A stretch of 55,610 bases of DNA from Octopus bimaculoides (GCF_001194135.2 NC_068999.1:41577305-41632914); one strand, 5' to 3'; positions 12,671 through 24,628 are shown, numbered from the stretch's first letter. The notes: generated by a model not told the origin, from the letters alone. Program-made: numbers and translations.

Positions 12671-13413
12671 GGCACTTCTTTAGAAGCGCACCTCTCCAAG
12701 AAAATGACGCCTAATTTCTAAAAAAAAAAAATTATGAAAATGGGAAATATAGCCAAAATAGGCCATCTTTCGGTACGATTACCTAAATATCGGCCTTTTC
12801 CGTAATAAGTGTTTTCGGCGATCTTTACCAAAGATCGCCCTATTCTGTAACACCCGCACCATCTTCACTACGGTGTTAGGGTTAGGGTTTTAGTGTCAGG
12901 GTTTAGGGACGGAATTCCCTAACGCAAACCCTAAAAACCAAACCCTAACCCTTACCCAAACTCTAAACCCTTCAAAATAAATCGCGCTCTCTGTATGTCT
13001 TTCGCTGTTATGACATCGTTTCCGTTTCTCTCCAACACTTTTTACAGAAAAGGCCGATATTTAGGTAATCGTACCGAAAGATCGCCAATTTGACAATGGT
13101 ATATATTTGTTATAAACTGACTTCTAAGAAAAAGATTGTAAAACGGTCTTACAATTCGCAGACGATATTGTCCGGTCCCTTGTATCATTAATAATATCTG
13201 ACTGGTAAAAGTAAGATATTGTCCGACATGTTTGTTAATATTCGCGAGTTCCCGTTTTCCGTATTTTATTTTTTAGTATAAAATATTTAAAAATAGATGA
13301 ATCTTCCCAATTTGTTGCATGCTTCATTTATTTTGGATATATTTCCTCTTTTCGTAACTTTTTTAACAAGTTAGCGTCATTTTCTTGGAGAGGTGCACTT
13401 CTAAAGAAGCACC
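12671..13413. mobile_element. Non-autonomous DNA transposon, Merlin-like (GG termini, 8-bp TSD AATTACTG)
   Basis: ~90-bp TIRs starting GGCACTTCTTTAGAAG / GGTGCTTCTTTAGAAG; AATTACTG directly repeated at 12663-12670 and 13414-13421. Confidence 0.7.
12761..13086. mobile_element. MITE with 53-bp TIRs and an internal TTAGGG-like palindrome
   Basis: TIRs at 12761-12813 and 13034-13086 (3 mismatches); inward-facing TTAGGG/CCCTAA runs at ~12876-12970. Confidence 0.75.
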
Positions 13414-15074
13414 AATTACTGCTACACTTTAGTGCCCCCCCCCCCTCTAACCGACCGTGTTTCTTCATATATTCTACAAAGGTTTATATATTTTAATGAA
13501 ATTTTGCAGAAATATTTTTTTCGGGAGTGTGAATTATTCATGAATTATTTAATGTTGATATTTTTTAAATGTCTCGTAAAATAAAAAAACGATATCGGAC
13601 AAAGTTATGGAAATTGGTGATAAAAATCAGGATGAGAGAAAAAAAAAGACAAAAAGAGAACAATTACCTAAAGCTCAGCATTGGTTTTCTTTTATNNNNN
13701 NNNNNNNNNNNNNNNNNNNNNNNNNNNNNNNNNNNNNNNNNNNNNNNNNNNNNNNNNNNNNNNNNNNNNNNNNNNNNNNNNNNNNNNNNNNNNNNNNNNN
13801 NNNNNNNNNNNNNNNNNNNNNNNNNNNNNNNNNNNNNNNNNNNNNNNNNNNNNNNNNNNNNNNNNNNNNNNNNNNNNNNNNNNNNNNNNNNNNNNNNNNN
13901 NNNNNNNNNNNNNNNNNNNNNNNNNNNNNNNNNNNNNNNNNNNNNNNNNNNNNNNNNNNNNNNNNNNNNNNNNNNNNNNNNNNNNNNNNNNNNNNNNNNN
14001 NNNNNNNNNNNNNNNNNNNNNNNNNNAATAATTAAATAACACAATTATTGAAATTTTCTTGTGATATTTTCCATTTTCTTTTTATCTGAATTCCATATAA
14101 AAACTGTTTAATAGATATTTAATGAAGATAATGATACGTTTAAGTTGCATTCATAAACAAAAGTTGAACGACCTTCACTCAAGAGATCAAAAACATAATT
14201 ACATTTGACCCGAAAATAAATATTCTTGAAAGCAAAATACTCACCAAAAACCAGAGGACGACATAAATTCAAACCATGTGGTGTCGGGTAGTGTAATGAA
14301 TCCGGGGAAAATAATTGGAATAGCAAAGAAGAGATGTGATGACCTTGTAATGGAATAATCTACTAGTATTTTAAATTAGACACTAAACGTGTGAAGATTT
14401 GTAATCCCGTGGTTTCGAGTTTAGTACCTTGGGCGAATGTCTTCTACTGTACTACGTCTTTTCATCCCGATTTTATCACCAATTTCCGTAACATTGTCCG
14501 ATATCGCTTTTATTTTTCAAGACATTTTTAAAACATCGACATTAAATAATCCACTCTCGAAAAAGTGTTTCTGCAAAATTTCATTAAAATATATAAATTT
14601 TTGTGGAAACAAAGTCAGATAGCTGGGGCACAGTAATTTAACACAAAAACATCAGAGTCAAAATTGTGGAAAGATAACCTTATAATAAGAATGCAAAATC
14701 TGACAATAAGGGTAAGTTATGATGCCACTGTGTACAACTTAAGCATTCTCAAGAGACTTGCTTGAATTAATTACTTATTATCATGGAATTTAAAACAAAT
14801 GCAACAATTTTCTCCATGATTTTTTTCCTACTCATAACTGTGACAGCACTCCTCAGGAATGTAAGTTCGTTGTGATCCCTGAACAGTTTTTTAGTAGGAA
14901 CCATAAAGAGAAATATGACTTGAGAGTAAATTTGGTGGACAGAAACTCTGGAAGACCATCGTGTACATGCCTACGTACGTACTTACGTACATATGAGTGG
15001 CTAATCGTTAGGCGGGCCGCAGTTTTCCCATGACTGGTTTACGTCTATATCCTTTTTCTTTCTTTTTTTTTTTT

Positions 15075-15407
15075 TTTTTCACTTTGGGGCTGAACAATTT
15101 TAAACCATCTCTTTTGCCGAACTGCTGACTTACAGGGACAAAAATAAACCAACACTGGTTGTCAATCGGTGTNNNNNNNNNNAAACTCAAAGACATGCAC
15201 ATACACACACACACACACACACGCACGCACATTTGTGTGCGTATGTATATATCCACAACGGGTTTCCACACAGCCTCCTCGTCTTCCTAATTTACTCACA
15301 AGGCAATGGTCAGCCCGGAGATGTAGCAGAAGACACTTGCCTAAGATGCCAATACTTCGTGGTTGTGAAGCAAACTTCTTAACCACACAGCTATACCTGT
15401 GCCTATA
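15075..15407 (-). mobile_element. Degenerate composite SINE A+B
   Basis: Partial B at 15075-15172, (CA)n hinge, A at ~15258-15407. Confidence 0.6.
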
Positions 15408-16839
15408 AGCCTTGTTAAAAATATTTTTTCAGAACACAAATACCTATTTCCCATCTTGGCACGGCGCCATTAAAAGGAATCATTAATACCCTTCTGCGTA
15501 ATTACTGAACATAAACTTTATTGACTTCACAGTGACGTGGCTGTCTTAAAGGTATAAAACGGAAAAACAAATATGCAATTAAATAAAGCACGGCAGTTCT
15601 TTAATCTATACCGTTTGCTCTCCATCCTTGCCGCACATCTTCCTAATCTGTTAAGCTAATAGACAACAATGTCAACTTGTAAGAAATTCAGCTGGTTTTC
15701 GAAGAGCAGCAAACATTTGTTTAACTACTTATCGTTTCTCATCAATTCATTTCACAACCGAAAATATCAAAAGTAATTTTTGTGCAGATCACAGAGCGAA
15801 AATGCTATCTAAATTTACGTACGAGAGAGACATTTTGACTGTCTATTTGTCTGTCTGTCTGTTATTATTACTATGTACATCCCTCCTGACGTAAGCAATA
15901 GCAGTTTGTACGAACAACCTGCTAGCATAATGCTCCTTCGAATGTGGAGCGCATTACAGATGCAAGCATCTTAACAGTTATATAGGTCAAAGTGGAGATA
16001 CAAGAAATGAGAACAAGATGCTTATATTAAGTTGACGATTTTTCGATTTTTTTTTTGTGCAACGGAGTTTTTAACACAGCAAGTCCATAAGAAATATTAT
16101 CTTACAGTAAATATTTCAATATCTGGCTTATCGAGTGAGTGTACTCATTAAATATGACAGAGATGGCTATTCTAATCAAATACTCACCTCAATTACGTAT
16201 ACTAGGTTTTTAATAAACCGGGCAACTAATCGAATTAATTTAATATTTTATTCACTTTCTCCTTCAGCAGAAACGACGAATTCTCTCGTCCAAGCATGTG
16301 CTTGGCTACAAGTACGTACTATTGAAAAGACACAAAAAGGCTGGAATTCATCTGCCGCTCTCGCTATCCGCTATTGGAACCAATTTTCGTCTTTCCCTGA
16401 TAGTTACTGTGTTTTTAACATCGCACATCCGTGAGAGATTCTATCTCAGGGCAACTATTGCAGTAACTGGACTGTAGACATTGTATTTACATTAAGTATA
16501 CTGTATAGAATGCAATTTTTATATATTTTTCGCTACATATAGGGGACCGACCGACAGGTCATGTAAATCACAAAGGTTCATACGCTTAGTTGAAAGTAAT
16601 TACTTTGGGTTACTTGGGGTTGATAAATTTACTGTGCGATTCTTTGGTAACGAGGCCGAGGTACCGATTGACGAACCAAGACGTTGATCGTTTCTATGTT
16701 GTCACTGGTACTAAGTTGTACTCATGGTTAATATGAGCAACTCTTAATGTCTCCACCTTCCAGACTGAAAGTAGAACCACCAAAATAAAACCAGATTGGG
16801 AAAAAGATAAATAATGCTAAAGAAAAATTGAGAAGCTCT

Positions 16840-17016
16840 GAAAAACGTTTTTGAGTATCAGTGGAGAAAAGGTTGAGTAGCACTTAAAAAAGAGTTGAGT
16901 AGCCTTGGGAAAAGATGGTTAAATAACAGTAAGAAAAACGGTTGAGTAACAAGGGAATAAAGTTAAATAACACTCGAAAACGAGTTGAAAGGCCGTGTGA
17001 AAGGAGTTAAATGTAC
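16840..17016. repeat. Decayed ~22-24-bp minisatellite, about 8 units
   Basis: Recurring GAAAA(N)GGTT(G/A)AGTA(A/G)CA motif. Confidence 0.6.
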
Positions 17017-17818
17017 CATGGATAGGTAAGTAGATGAAACGATGATCAACCAACCAAGACATGAGTTGTGACTAAGTTCTGTCGACTGTCTTGAGCTGGA
17101 ATCTTCAAAACGTCAGTCTCATCCAACTGAAATGAAAATGAAAATAATGGCGAAGAAAGTGTATGATAATGAACGGAAAGGACAAAAAAAGAAATTTTTT
17201 ATCCAGAGTCGTTATGATTTCGGCGCTTGGAAAATATTGCTCTCCTTCGTCTTACAAGTGACAGAGTAAAAAAGAAAAAGGAAAAAAAAAAAAACGAATT
17301 CAAGTCGGTCGACTGAAAATGTTGCACGACAAAGGTATAAGAATGGTAGGAAAAACATGAACGAACAGATACAGAATATTAAGAAAAATATCTTTTGAAT
17401 AGAAAAACAAGGAGGGTGCTAGCCTAATACGTATATACATGTGTGTGTGTGTGTAAGTAATATGTACATTCACATATTACATATATATTTACATACGCAC
17501 ACATCTATATGTATGCAGACGATAGGTTAGAGGTAGATGCGTTCAGTATAGAAAACACGAAATAATTTTCTATACTGTAGTATATATGTGTGCATTTCTA
17601 TGTCAAGCGTAATCATAATTATCTCCATCACTATCTCCGTTTGTATGTGTGTATGTATATATATATATATACACATATATATATATATATACATACATGC
17701 ATGCATACATACATACATACGTATACACACACACACTGAGATAGACGTACATTTGTGTGGCATGTGAGTGTATATATATACATATATACATTCAGATACT
17801 CTCTCTCTCTTTTCCAGT

Positions 17819-17851
<33 letters not shown>

Positions 17852-18940
17852 CGCTTCCCCATACCTTCCTCTCTTTCCCATATTCCTTTCTGTAACAATG
17901 GCTGTGTGCCAACTTAGAATTCGATTTTTTTTTCCTGTGATTAAATGGACAAACACCCCTCCTCCCGCATAAAAAAAAAAATGTTGAAGTTTCCAATTGG
18001 GATCATATTGTATCCGCAACTCATTAATGCAATAAAGTGGAAATAATGTGATAAATCTATACTTCGTCACAATTGATAGGAATTCTGTCGAAAAGAAGAA
18101 GGAAAAAAAAAAAGCCATGGTCTGATANNNNNNNNNNNNNNNNNNNNNNNNNNNNNNNNNNNNNNNNNNNNNNNNNNNNNNNNNNNNNNNNNNNNNNNNN
18201 NNNNNNNNNNNNNNNNNNNNNNNNNNNNNNNNNNNNNNNNNNNNNNNNNNNNNNNNNNNNNNNNNNNNNNNNNNNNNNNNNNNNNNNNNNNNNNNNNNNN
18301 NNNNNNNNNNNNNNNNNNNNNNNNNNNNNNNNNNNNNNNNNNNNNNNNNNNNNNNNNNNNNNNNNNNNNNNNNNNNNNNNNNNNNNNNNNNNNNNNNNNN
18401 NNNNNNNNNNNNNNNNNNNNNNNNNNNNNNNNNNNNNNNNNNNNNNNNNNNNNNNNNNNNNNNNNNNNNNNNNNNNNNNNNNNNNNNNNNNNNNNNNNNN
18501 NNNNNNNNNNNNNNNNNNNNNNNNNNNNNNNNNNNNNNNNNNNNNNNNNNNNNNNNNNNNNNNNNNNNNNNNNNNNNNNNNNNNNNNNNNNNNNNNNNNN
18601 NNNNNNNNNNNNNNNNNNNNNNNNNNNNNNNNNNNNNNNNNNNNNNNNNNNNNNNNNNNNNNNNNNNNNNNNNNNNNNNNNNNNNNNNNNNNNNNNNNNN
18701 NNNNNNNNNNNNNNNNNNNNNNNNNATATATATATATATATATATATATAAAGATTATTTGCCAAAATAATGTGGTAGTCCCGGCTGGGATGAACATTAC
18801 TGTTGTTAGCCCCATATATGCGGATGTATTTAAAGTATTAATGTTAAGTTTGTCTATGCATATATTAATGTTTTTATGACAAGTTTTATTATACAAACAA
18901 TTTAACAGTGTATAATTATATCCTTACTAGAGTAGAGAAC

Positions 18941-19350
18941 GATAGGTTACCTAAATACTTGTTTTACGGGGCGCGGTGGGGAGTTGCGAATGGTTAACGT
19001 CTGAGATATAAATGTTAAGAAAGGTTTTAGGGATGCTGTCGAAAACAATCTTAAAGCTCTTAGTGTAGACGTTGAATACTGGGAGCAGATGACAGAAAAT
19101 CGATCGGTTTAGAAAGAAGTGATATACGATGTTTGTAAAGCATTTGAAGCACGAAGGATTAAACAATCTATTTTGAAACAAGACCTAACTTCAATCGAGG
19201 ACACGTTTCTTCCTAAAATGTTTGTAACATCTGCAGTAGAATCTGTTTGTCCCAAGTCAGACTTGCTGTTGTTAGTTGTAAGATCACACGACGGTTTTTA
19301 TTAATTGAAAGATTGCCTTTTCTTTTTGTGAAGGAAGGGCAACCAACCAC
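18941..19350 (+). mobile_element. RTE-clade LINE 3' relic
   Basis: DRLPKYLFYG...KKGFRDAVENNLKAL.VD..YWEQMTENRS..KEVI....FEARR, then a decayed C/H-rich terminus. Confidence 0.75.
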
Positions 19351-19439
19351 CAGGTATGTAGGTATGTACGTGCGTATAGATGTCATAGGTTTTGTTTTCT
19401 GATTTTTACTTGTGTGGTCTGGAAGAAGGGGGCAGCGTC

Positions 19440-19745
19440 CACGGCCTTCGTAGGTCGTTCTAGACAGGTAAGATTTATACCATTAACACCTTTCTTAAAG
19501 CGTTGCATATCAACACCTGCAACAAAGATATTAGTAAGGATGGAATTCCAGGGGCATGGCGTTCAAGGAAGGATTGGATGTAATGATTAGTGCAGAGTTT
19601 ACGTGAAGGAAAGGTTGACCACGTCGAGAATGGTGAAAGGAAGAACGACAAATGAGTGGGAAATGCCTGAGCTGGGAGTGGAGACATGAGTGTAACTCAC
19701 GTACAATAGCTTTTGCGACTTGACGCACCTATACTGAAGGAAATA
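19440..19745 (-). mobile_element. CR1/Jockey-group LINE 3' relic
   Basis: Minus strand TNHYIQSF...PWNSILTNIF...DMQRFKKGVN matches the CR1-type ORF2 end (SFFPR..LWNSLP...DLQ.FK..VN). Confidence 0.65.
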
Positions 19746-19774
19746 CACACATGTAAGCGCATGTAAGCACACAT

Positions 19775-20025
19775 TATCATCACCATCATCATCATTTAAC
19801 GTCCAATTTTTATGCTTGCATGGGTCAGACGGAATTTGTTGAAGTAGATTTTCTACGGCCGGATGCCCTTGCTGTTACCAAACCCACACCTGTTTCCAAG
19901 TAAGGTAATATTTCACCAGAGCCAGACATTTTTTTTTTCAAGGAAGACTGTAAATGTACAGCATCTCTTGTATGACTCTTGTAAAACTCGTTTACAACCG
20001 TCACATGACGTCAGAGCAAGAGTAC
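19775..20025 (-). mobile_element. RTE-like SINE tail module E2 with (GAT)n end
   Basis: catcatcatttaacgtcc...ggatgcccttgctgttacc; matches 8800-8942 and 40960-41150. Confidence 0.7.
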
Positions 20026-20261
20026 ACACAGACACAGGCATACGTGTGTGTGCGCCTCTGTGCGTGTGTGTGTGTGTGTGGCCCATTAATTATCATTACC
20101 CCCAGATCCATTCTGACCCGGAACGGTAATTCCCATAAGGGTCCCATTTTGGGGTGAAATAAATTTCCCAGAAGTTGAAGGAGTTCCCGTTATTATTGAC
20201 AGAACTCTGAGGAAGTTAGCTCTTGCAGAAGAAGGATTCTCTTATATGAAAAAAAAAAAAC

Positions 20262-20780
20262 TTGCAGTCAAAACAGTATCCGCCATCTTGCAATGCTTGT
20301 CACATTCTGCAATCATGGCTTCCGAACGCAAAACTGGTGTTAATGTCAAAGATGCTGACCAACATCAATTCACAAAAGCATTGGGTGCTTTCTTTTAAAA
20401 GATCTGATACAATGAAAATTCCAGATTGGGTTGAGATTGTAAAACTAGGAAGGTACAACGAATTAGCTCTTACAGTCAAGACTGGTTTTATACATGGGCT
20501 GCTTCAGTTTGCTGACATTTTTTTAATACTAAATATCCCGTTGGTGTTGGAGTATTGGAGGACGCTAAGGAATTGGTACATTGGTCATTTTTGTCCTGTT
20601 TCAGCTTCCATTGCCCGTTTTGTTTTGCAGACTGTGGAAAACTTCAAGTTTGTCCAGAAAGATCCAAATGGTGGTCACCGTTTAACTTCTCTTGAACGTC
20701 GGGATTTAGAGCGAATTGCTTCCCAGATAAAGTGCAACCAGCTTTACCACTGGTAATGTTACTCATGAGAAATAAAAAAT
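20262..20780 (+). pseudogene. RPS19: Processed pseudogene of 40S ribosomal protein S19 (eS19)
   Basis: From ATG 20315: MASERKTGVNVKDADQHQFTKALGAFF* then, in shifted frames, KIPDWVEIVKLGRYNELA, QDWFYTWAAS, PVGVG..GGR*, GHF..SASIARFVLQ..VQKDPNGGHRLT..RRDLERIASQI. These match the RPS19 motifs VKDV.Q.EF / KVPEWVD.VK / WFY.RAAS / RDLDRIA. Intronless, with several frameshifts and stops; AATAAA at 20771. Confidence 0.92.
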
Positions 20781-21502
20781 ACAAACGTGGAACCTACTAT
20801 GGCGGCCGAGAGAGTGGCAAAAGTGTTGTACAAGCTTTTGCCACTTAAATCCCATGACGTTTAGAACTCTCTCTATAGTTTTTAGACGGCTATCATCTGA
20901 CAACATGAGTCAAGCATCATGTATGGTGAGCTTATTTTAGTTCTCCTCTAACCAAAACCAAGTCTAAATCCAAATTAAAAGTGTTGTGTGTGTATAATAC
21001 GCTTGCTCATATTTTTATCATTAAAACATTGAAAGTATTAAATATACAGACACGATATACACCATGTAAAAATTTTAACATCTGTGTTTATGTTGATAAA
21101 CCATATTAGATAAAGCTATGTAAACGTTAATATGAGATTGATAAAGAGCCAAAATCTCATCTGATACACTGACAGGGCTCTTGTTTTTGATGTGTTCGGA
21201 GTGAAATATTTCATGATAGTTCACATTCAAAATATTAGCTGTTTTAGTGCGTACGTGCGTGCGTACATGTGTGCGTGTTATGCTTACATATGTTTAGTAT
21301 CAAGTATCCCATGGGTAGAATGGTTTAATATGATTATGTATAAACAAGTATTTTATAATTGCGTGTGTGGGAGGGAGCTGGTTCGTGTATGAGTGTGTAA
21401 GCGGTTGCTGCATAGGTATATCTTCTTTTTACGTGTAAGATTGAGTTCATAATTTCATCATATATTTCTCTGTATGTGCGTGTGTTTATATGCACAAAAA
21501 CG

Positions 21503-21737
21503 TTTTGACCAAAAGTCATCTGCCAGGAACTCAAAATCGTTTAATTCCAAGATTAGTTTATGTTTATTAACTGAATGAATTTAATAAAAGCATCTAAATA
21601 TGAAGCATCGTGAAAGTTGGTCAAACGGAAGTCCTTCTTGAGCGACACATTTTTTCCATTCGAGTCAATTCAGAATTACAGATTGTATTTATGGAATTTT
21701 TGATTTACTGTCGGGTGACTTTTGGCCAACCCAGTAT
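21503..21737. mobile_element. Tc1/mariner-like MITE
   Basis: Right end reads TACTGGGTTGGCCAAAAGTCAC on the minus strand; partial left TIR tgaccaaaagtcatc. Confidence 0.45.
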
Positions 21738-21803
21738 ATGTATAGATACGTGTGTGTGTTTGTGGGGTAAGAGAGACACACACAGACAGGCAGACATGTA
21801 TCA

Positions 21804-21841
<38 letters not shown>

Positions 21842-21846
21842 GTGTG

Positions 21847-21970
21847 GAAGAGCGTAGGCTCGAAACGTTAAAGACGTTTTCAATTCCCAAGCGTTATACT
21901 AATACATCTGTTTGTTTTCTACACCACCTGTCTTCTTTTTTGTTTTGTTTTTTTTTGTGAATTCTCCCTA
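21847..21970 (+). mobile_element. Family F1 repeat, 5'-truncated within the ribozyme core
   Basis: Begins at gaagagcgtaggctcgaaacgttaaagac and ends ttctccc(TA)n like 55430. Confidence 0.6.
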
Positions 21971-21980
21971 TATATATACA

Positions 21981-22131
21981 ACAGGCTTCTTTCAGTTTCT
22001 GTCTGCCAAATTCACTCACAAGGCTTTGGTCGGTCCGAGACCACAGCAGAAGGCATTTGCCCAAGGTGCCACGCAGCGGGACTGAACACGGAACCATGTG
22101 GTTGGGAAGCAAGCTTCTTACCACACAGCCA
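21981..22131 (-). mobile_element. SINE module A
   Basis: Matches the consensus. Confidence 0.75.
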
Positions 22132-22193
22132 TATATACTTCTAGATTATTTTTCTATTCTTGGTTTCAGCTTGAGGCTGTGGCCATGCAGGGG

Positions 22194-22226
<33 letters not shown>

Positions 22227-23446
22227 TACACACACACACACATACATACATACATACATANNNNNNNNNNACATACATACACACACACACACATACATAC
22301 ATACATACATACATGCATACATACATACATACATATATACATACATACATACATACATACTCGTACATGCTAATGAAAAACACAGTCAATATGTCTGCTG
22401 CATTAAAAATATACGATTGTTACTTTTTAAAATTCTTCAAATGCTTAGTAATGCCTTCAGCTGAACACTTTTAGATGGGCAGAAAATAGTTAATCAAAGA
22501 ACTTTTAATAGACACTCGTATTGCAAACAGCTTGAACAAGGTACTTCATTGCTTCAATCTACTCTACCTGAAATGTGGACCAGCGATTGCCAGTGAAGTG
22601 AAATGTTCTAACCCTGTGATAATCAAGCGTACCTCTAACCTTCCACGGGGTTAGTTTTGTGCACTCGGTCACTTGAACGGTTCGGAAAATGGAGATAATC
22701 TCGACTTAATCCGCCTGTAGACACGAAACTCTTTTTNNNNNNNNNNNNNNNNNNNNNNNNNNNNNNNNNNNNNNNNNNNNNNNNNNNNNNNNNNNNNNNN
22801 NNNNNNNNNNNNNNNNNNNNNNNNNNNNNNNNNNNNNNNNNNNNNNNNNNNNNNNNNNNNNNNNNNNNNNNNNNNNNNNNNNNNNNNNNNNNNNNNNNNN
22901 NNNNNNNNNNNNNNNNNNNNNNNNNNNNNNNNNNNNNNNNNNNNNNNNNNNNNNNNNNNNNNNNNNNNNNNNNNNNNNNNNNNNNNNNNNNNNNNNNNNN
23001 NNNNNNNNNNNNNNNNNNNNNNNNNNNNNNNNNNNNNNNNNNNNNNNNNNNNNNNNNNNNNNNNNNNNNNNNNNNNNNNNNNNNNNNNNNNNNNNNNNNN
23101 NNNNNNNNNNNNNNNNNNNNNNNNNNNNNNNNNNNNNNNNNNNNNNNNNNNNNNNNNNNNNNNNNNNNNNNNNNNNNNNNNNNNNNNNNNNNNNNNNNNN
23201 NNNNNNNNNNNNNNNNNNNNNNNNNNNNNNNNNNNNNNNNNNNNNNNNNNNNNNNNNNNNNNNNNNNNNNNNNNNNNNNNNNNNNNNNNNNNNNNNNNNN
23301 NNNNNNNNNNNNNNNNNNNNNGTGTCCCTATAAATAGACCACACCTACAGACATAGTTCTATTTATAGACACAGCTTGCTATCTTTTTAGATTCTCCCTT
23401 CCCGTCCCCTCCACCTCTCATCCTCTCTCTCCCTCCCTCTCTCTCC

Positions 23447-23481
<35 letters not shown>

Positions 23482-23642
23482 ACTTTTTCTCTTTCTCTCT
23501 CTCTCTTTTCTTCTATACATAGGAACATGCAGATTTGTGTGTGTATGTGTTAAACATTACATAACATATTGGCATGGTTGCATTCCAACGTATATGTGTA
23601 TGAATGTATATGAATATGTGTATATGTATATATGTATATGTA

Positions 23643-23646
<4 letters not shown>

Positions 23647-23717
<71 letters not shown>
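23647..23717. repeat. Long (TA)n microsatellite, representative of dozens of (TA)n, (GT)n, (GA)n, (TATG)n and (TAA)n tracts (e.g. 3527-3608, 26890-27027, 42025-42107)
   Basis: Direct reading. Confidence 0.95.
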
Positions 23718-23720
<3 letters not shown>

Positions 23721-23843
23721 TACACACACACACATAAATATGTACATACATCAGCATTCCTATACGATGAAGTCAAAAATTATGTAACGCGCCAAAAACC
23801 GTAAATTATTATATTTAGCGCAGAAAAAATACTGTATACACAA

Positions 23844-23874
<31 letters not shown>

Positions 23875-24628
23875 CATGTATGTATGTATGTATGTGTAAC
23901 AAGCTACTCCAGATTGTTGTTGGAGTATCCGTATAAGTGGAGTCCTGCTCCGAAACTATACGATATTGTGCAAGATGATGCACAAGCGCTCACGTCTGGG
24001 TGCACCGTTTCTAATAGCAGAAACAGCCGTAAGCTAATGAAGTTGATGGCGTGATTCCTGTACCTTTGTCATGCAAAAATTAATATTACGCTGTGTAGTC
24101 TCTTCACACTATATACTAAAGCATGTGTGTGTGTGTGCGTGCGTGTGTGCGTGCGTGTCTATGTACGTATGCACATATTGTATCTATGTATATATAAACC
24201 CCCTCTGAGGACGGAGATAAGTTGAACAAATCATGAATTTATATTGCACATTATTTAATATACATATTTCTCAGCTAATTTTCGTTTCACTTATGCAAAT
24301 TAGACAAGTATGTGTTTTGCTCTTTTTTGTATATCTCCGAGAATCTCGTCTGTAAAAGATAAAGGAGAACAACAGCTGTGCTAAAGACGCCTAATGAGTC
24401 AGAAACAAATGTTCAGTTTTCTTTAATGCCATGTCCGTTTTGGAGATTTTTTTGATTCTTGAGATTATCTTCCCTTTTCATTTGTAGCTGGTACCAATTT
24501 TCACCAAGTGATTGTTCTACCCTCGCTGCAAGCGGAAATAATTTCAATATAACCAGAATTTATAATGTGCAATATTTAATATACTCTTTTCCCTGACAAC
24601 TATGAGTACATATTCGTCTCGTGTGTGT

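Larger units (their letters stand above)
12403..14845. mobile_element. Foldback-type DNA element with ~400-bp inverted arms; left arm interrupted by a nested insertion
   Basis: 12403-12670 plus 13414-13637 match the reverse complement of ~14457-14845 (e.g. aatcatggagaaaattgttgcatttgttttaaattccatgataataagtaattaat; gatatcggacaa.gtta.ggaaattggtgataaaa). Confidence 0.75.

Noticed and set aside
12876-12970. Telomere or chromosome-fusion site
   Set aside because: Only a few degenerate units, enclosed within MITE TIRs.
15669-15684. Possible upstream coding mini-exon ATG TCA ACT T|gtaaga (phase 1, would add MSTWN)
   Set aside because: Frame-compatible, but such motifs occur often by chance and there is no independent support.
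20006-20013. CRE motif TGACGTCA
   Set aside because: It lies inside an E2 repeat and is probably a chance variant of the repeat sequence.
20262-20756. Functional 164-aa RPS19 gene
   Set aside because: The ORF is a mosaic of in-frame and out-of-frame segments; the true ATG frame stops at 20396-20398.
23930-23962. Hammerhead-like fold (cgtata-agt-ggag/ctcc-gaaac-tatacg)
   Set aside because: It lacks both the CUGANGA core and the NUH site.
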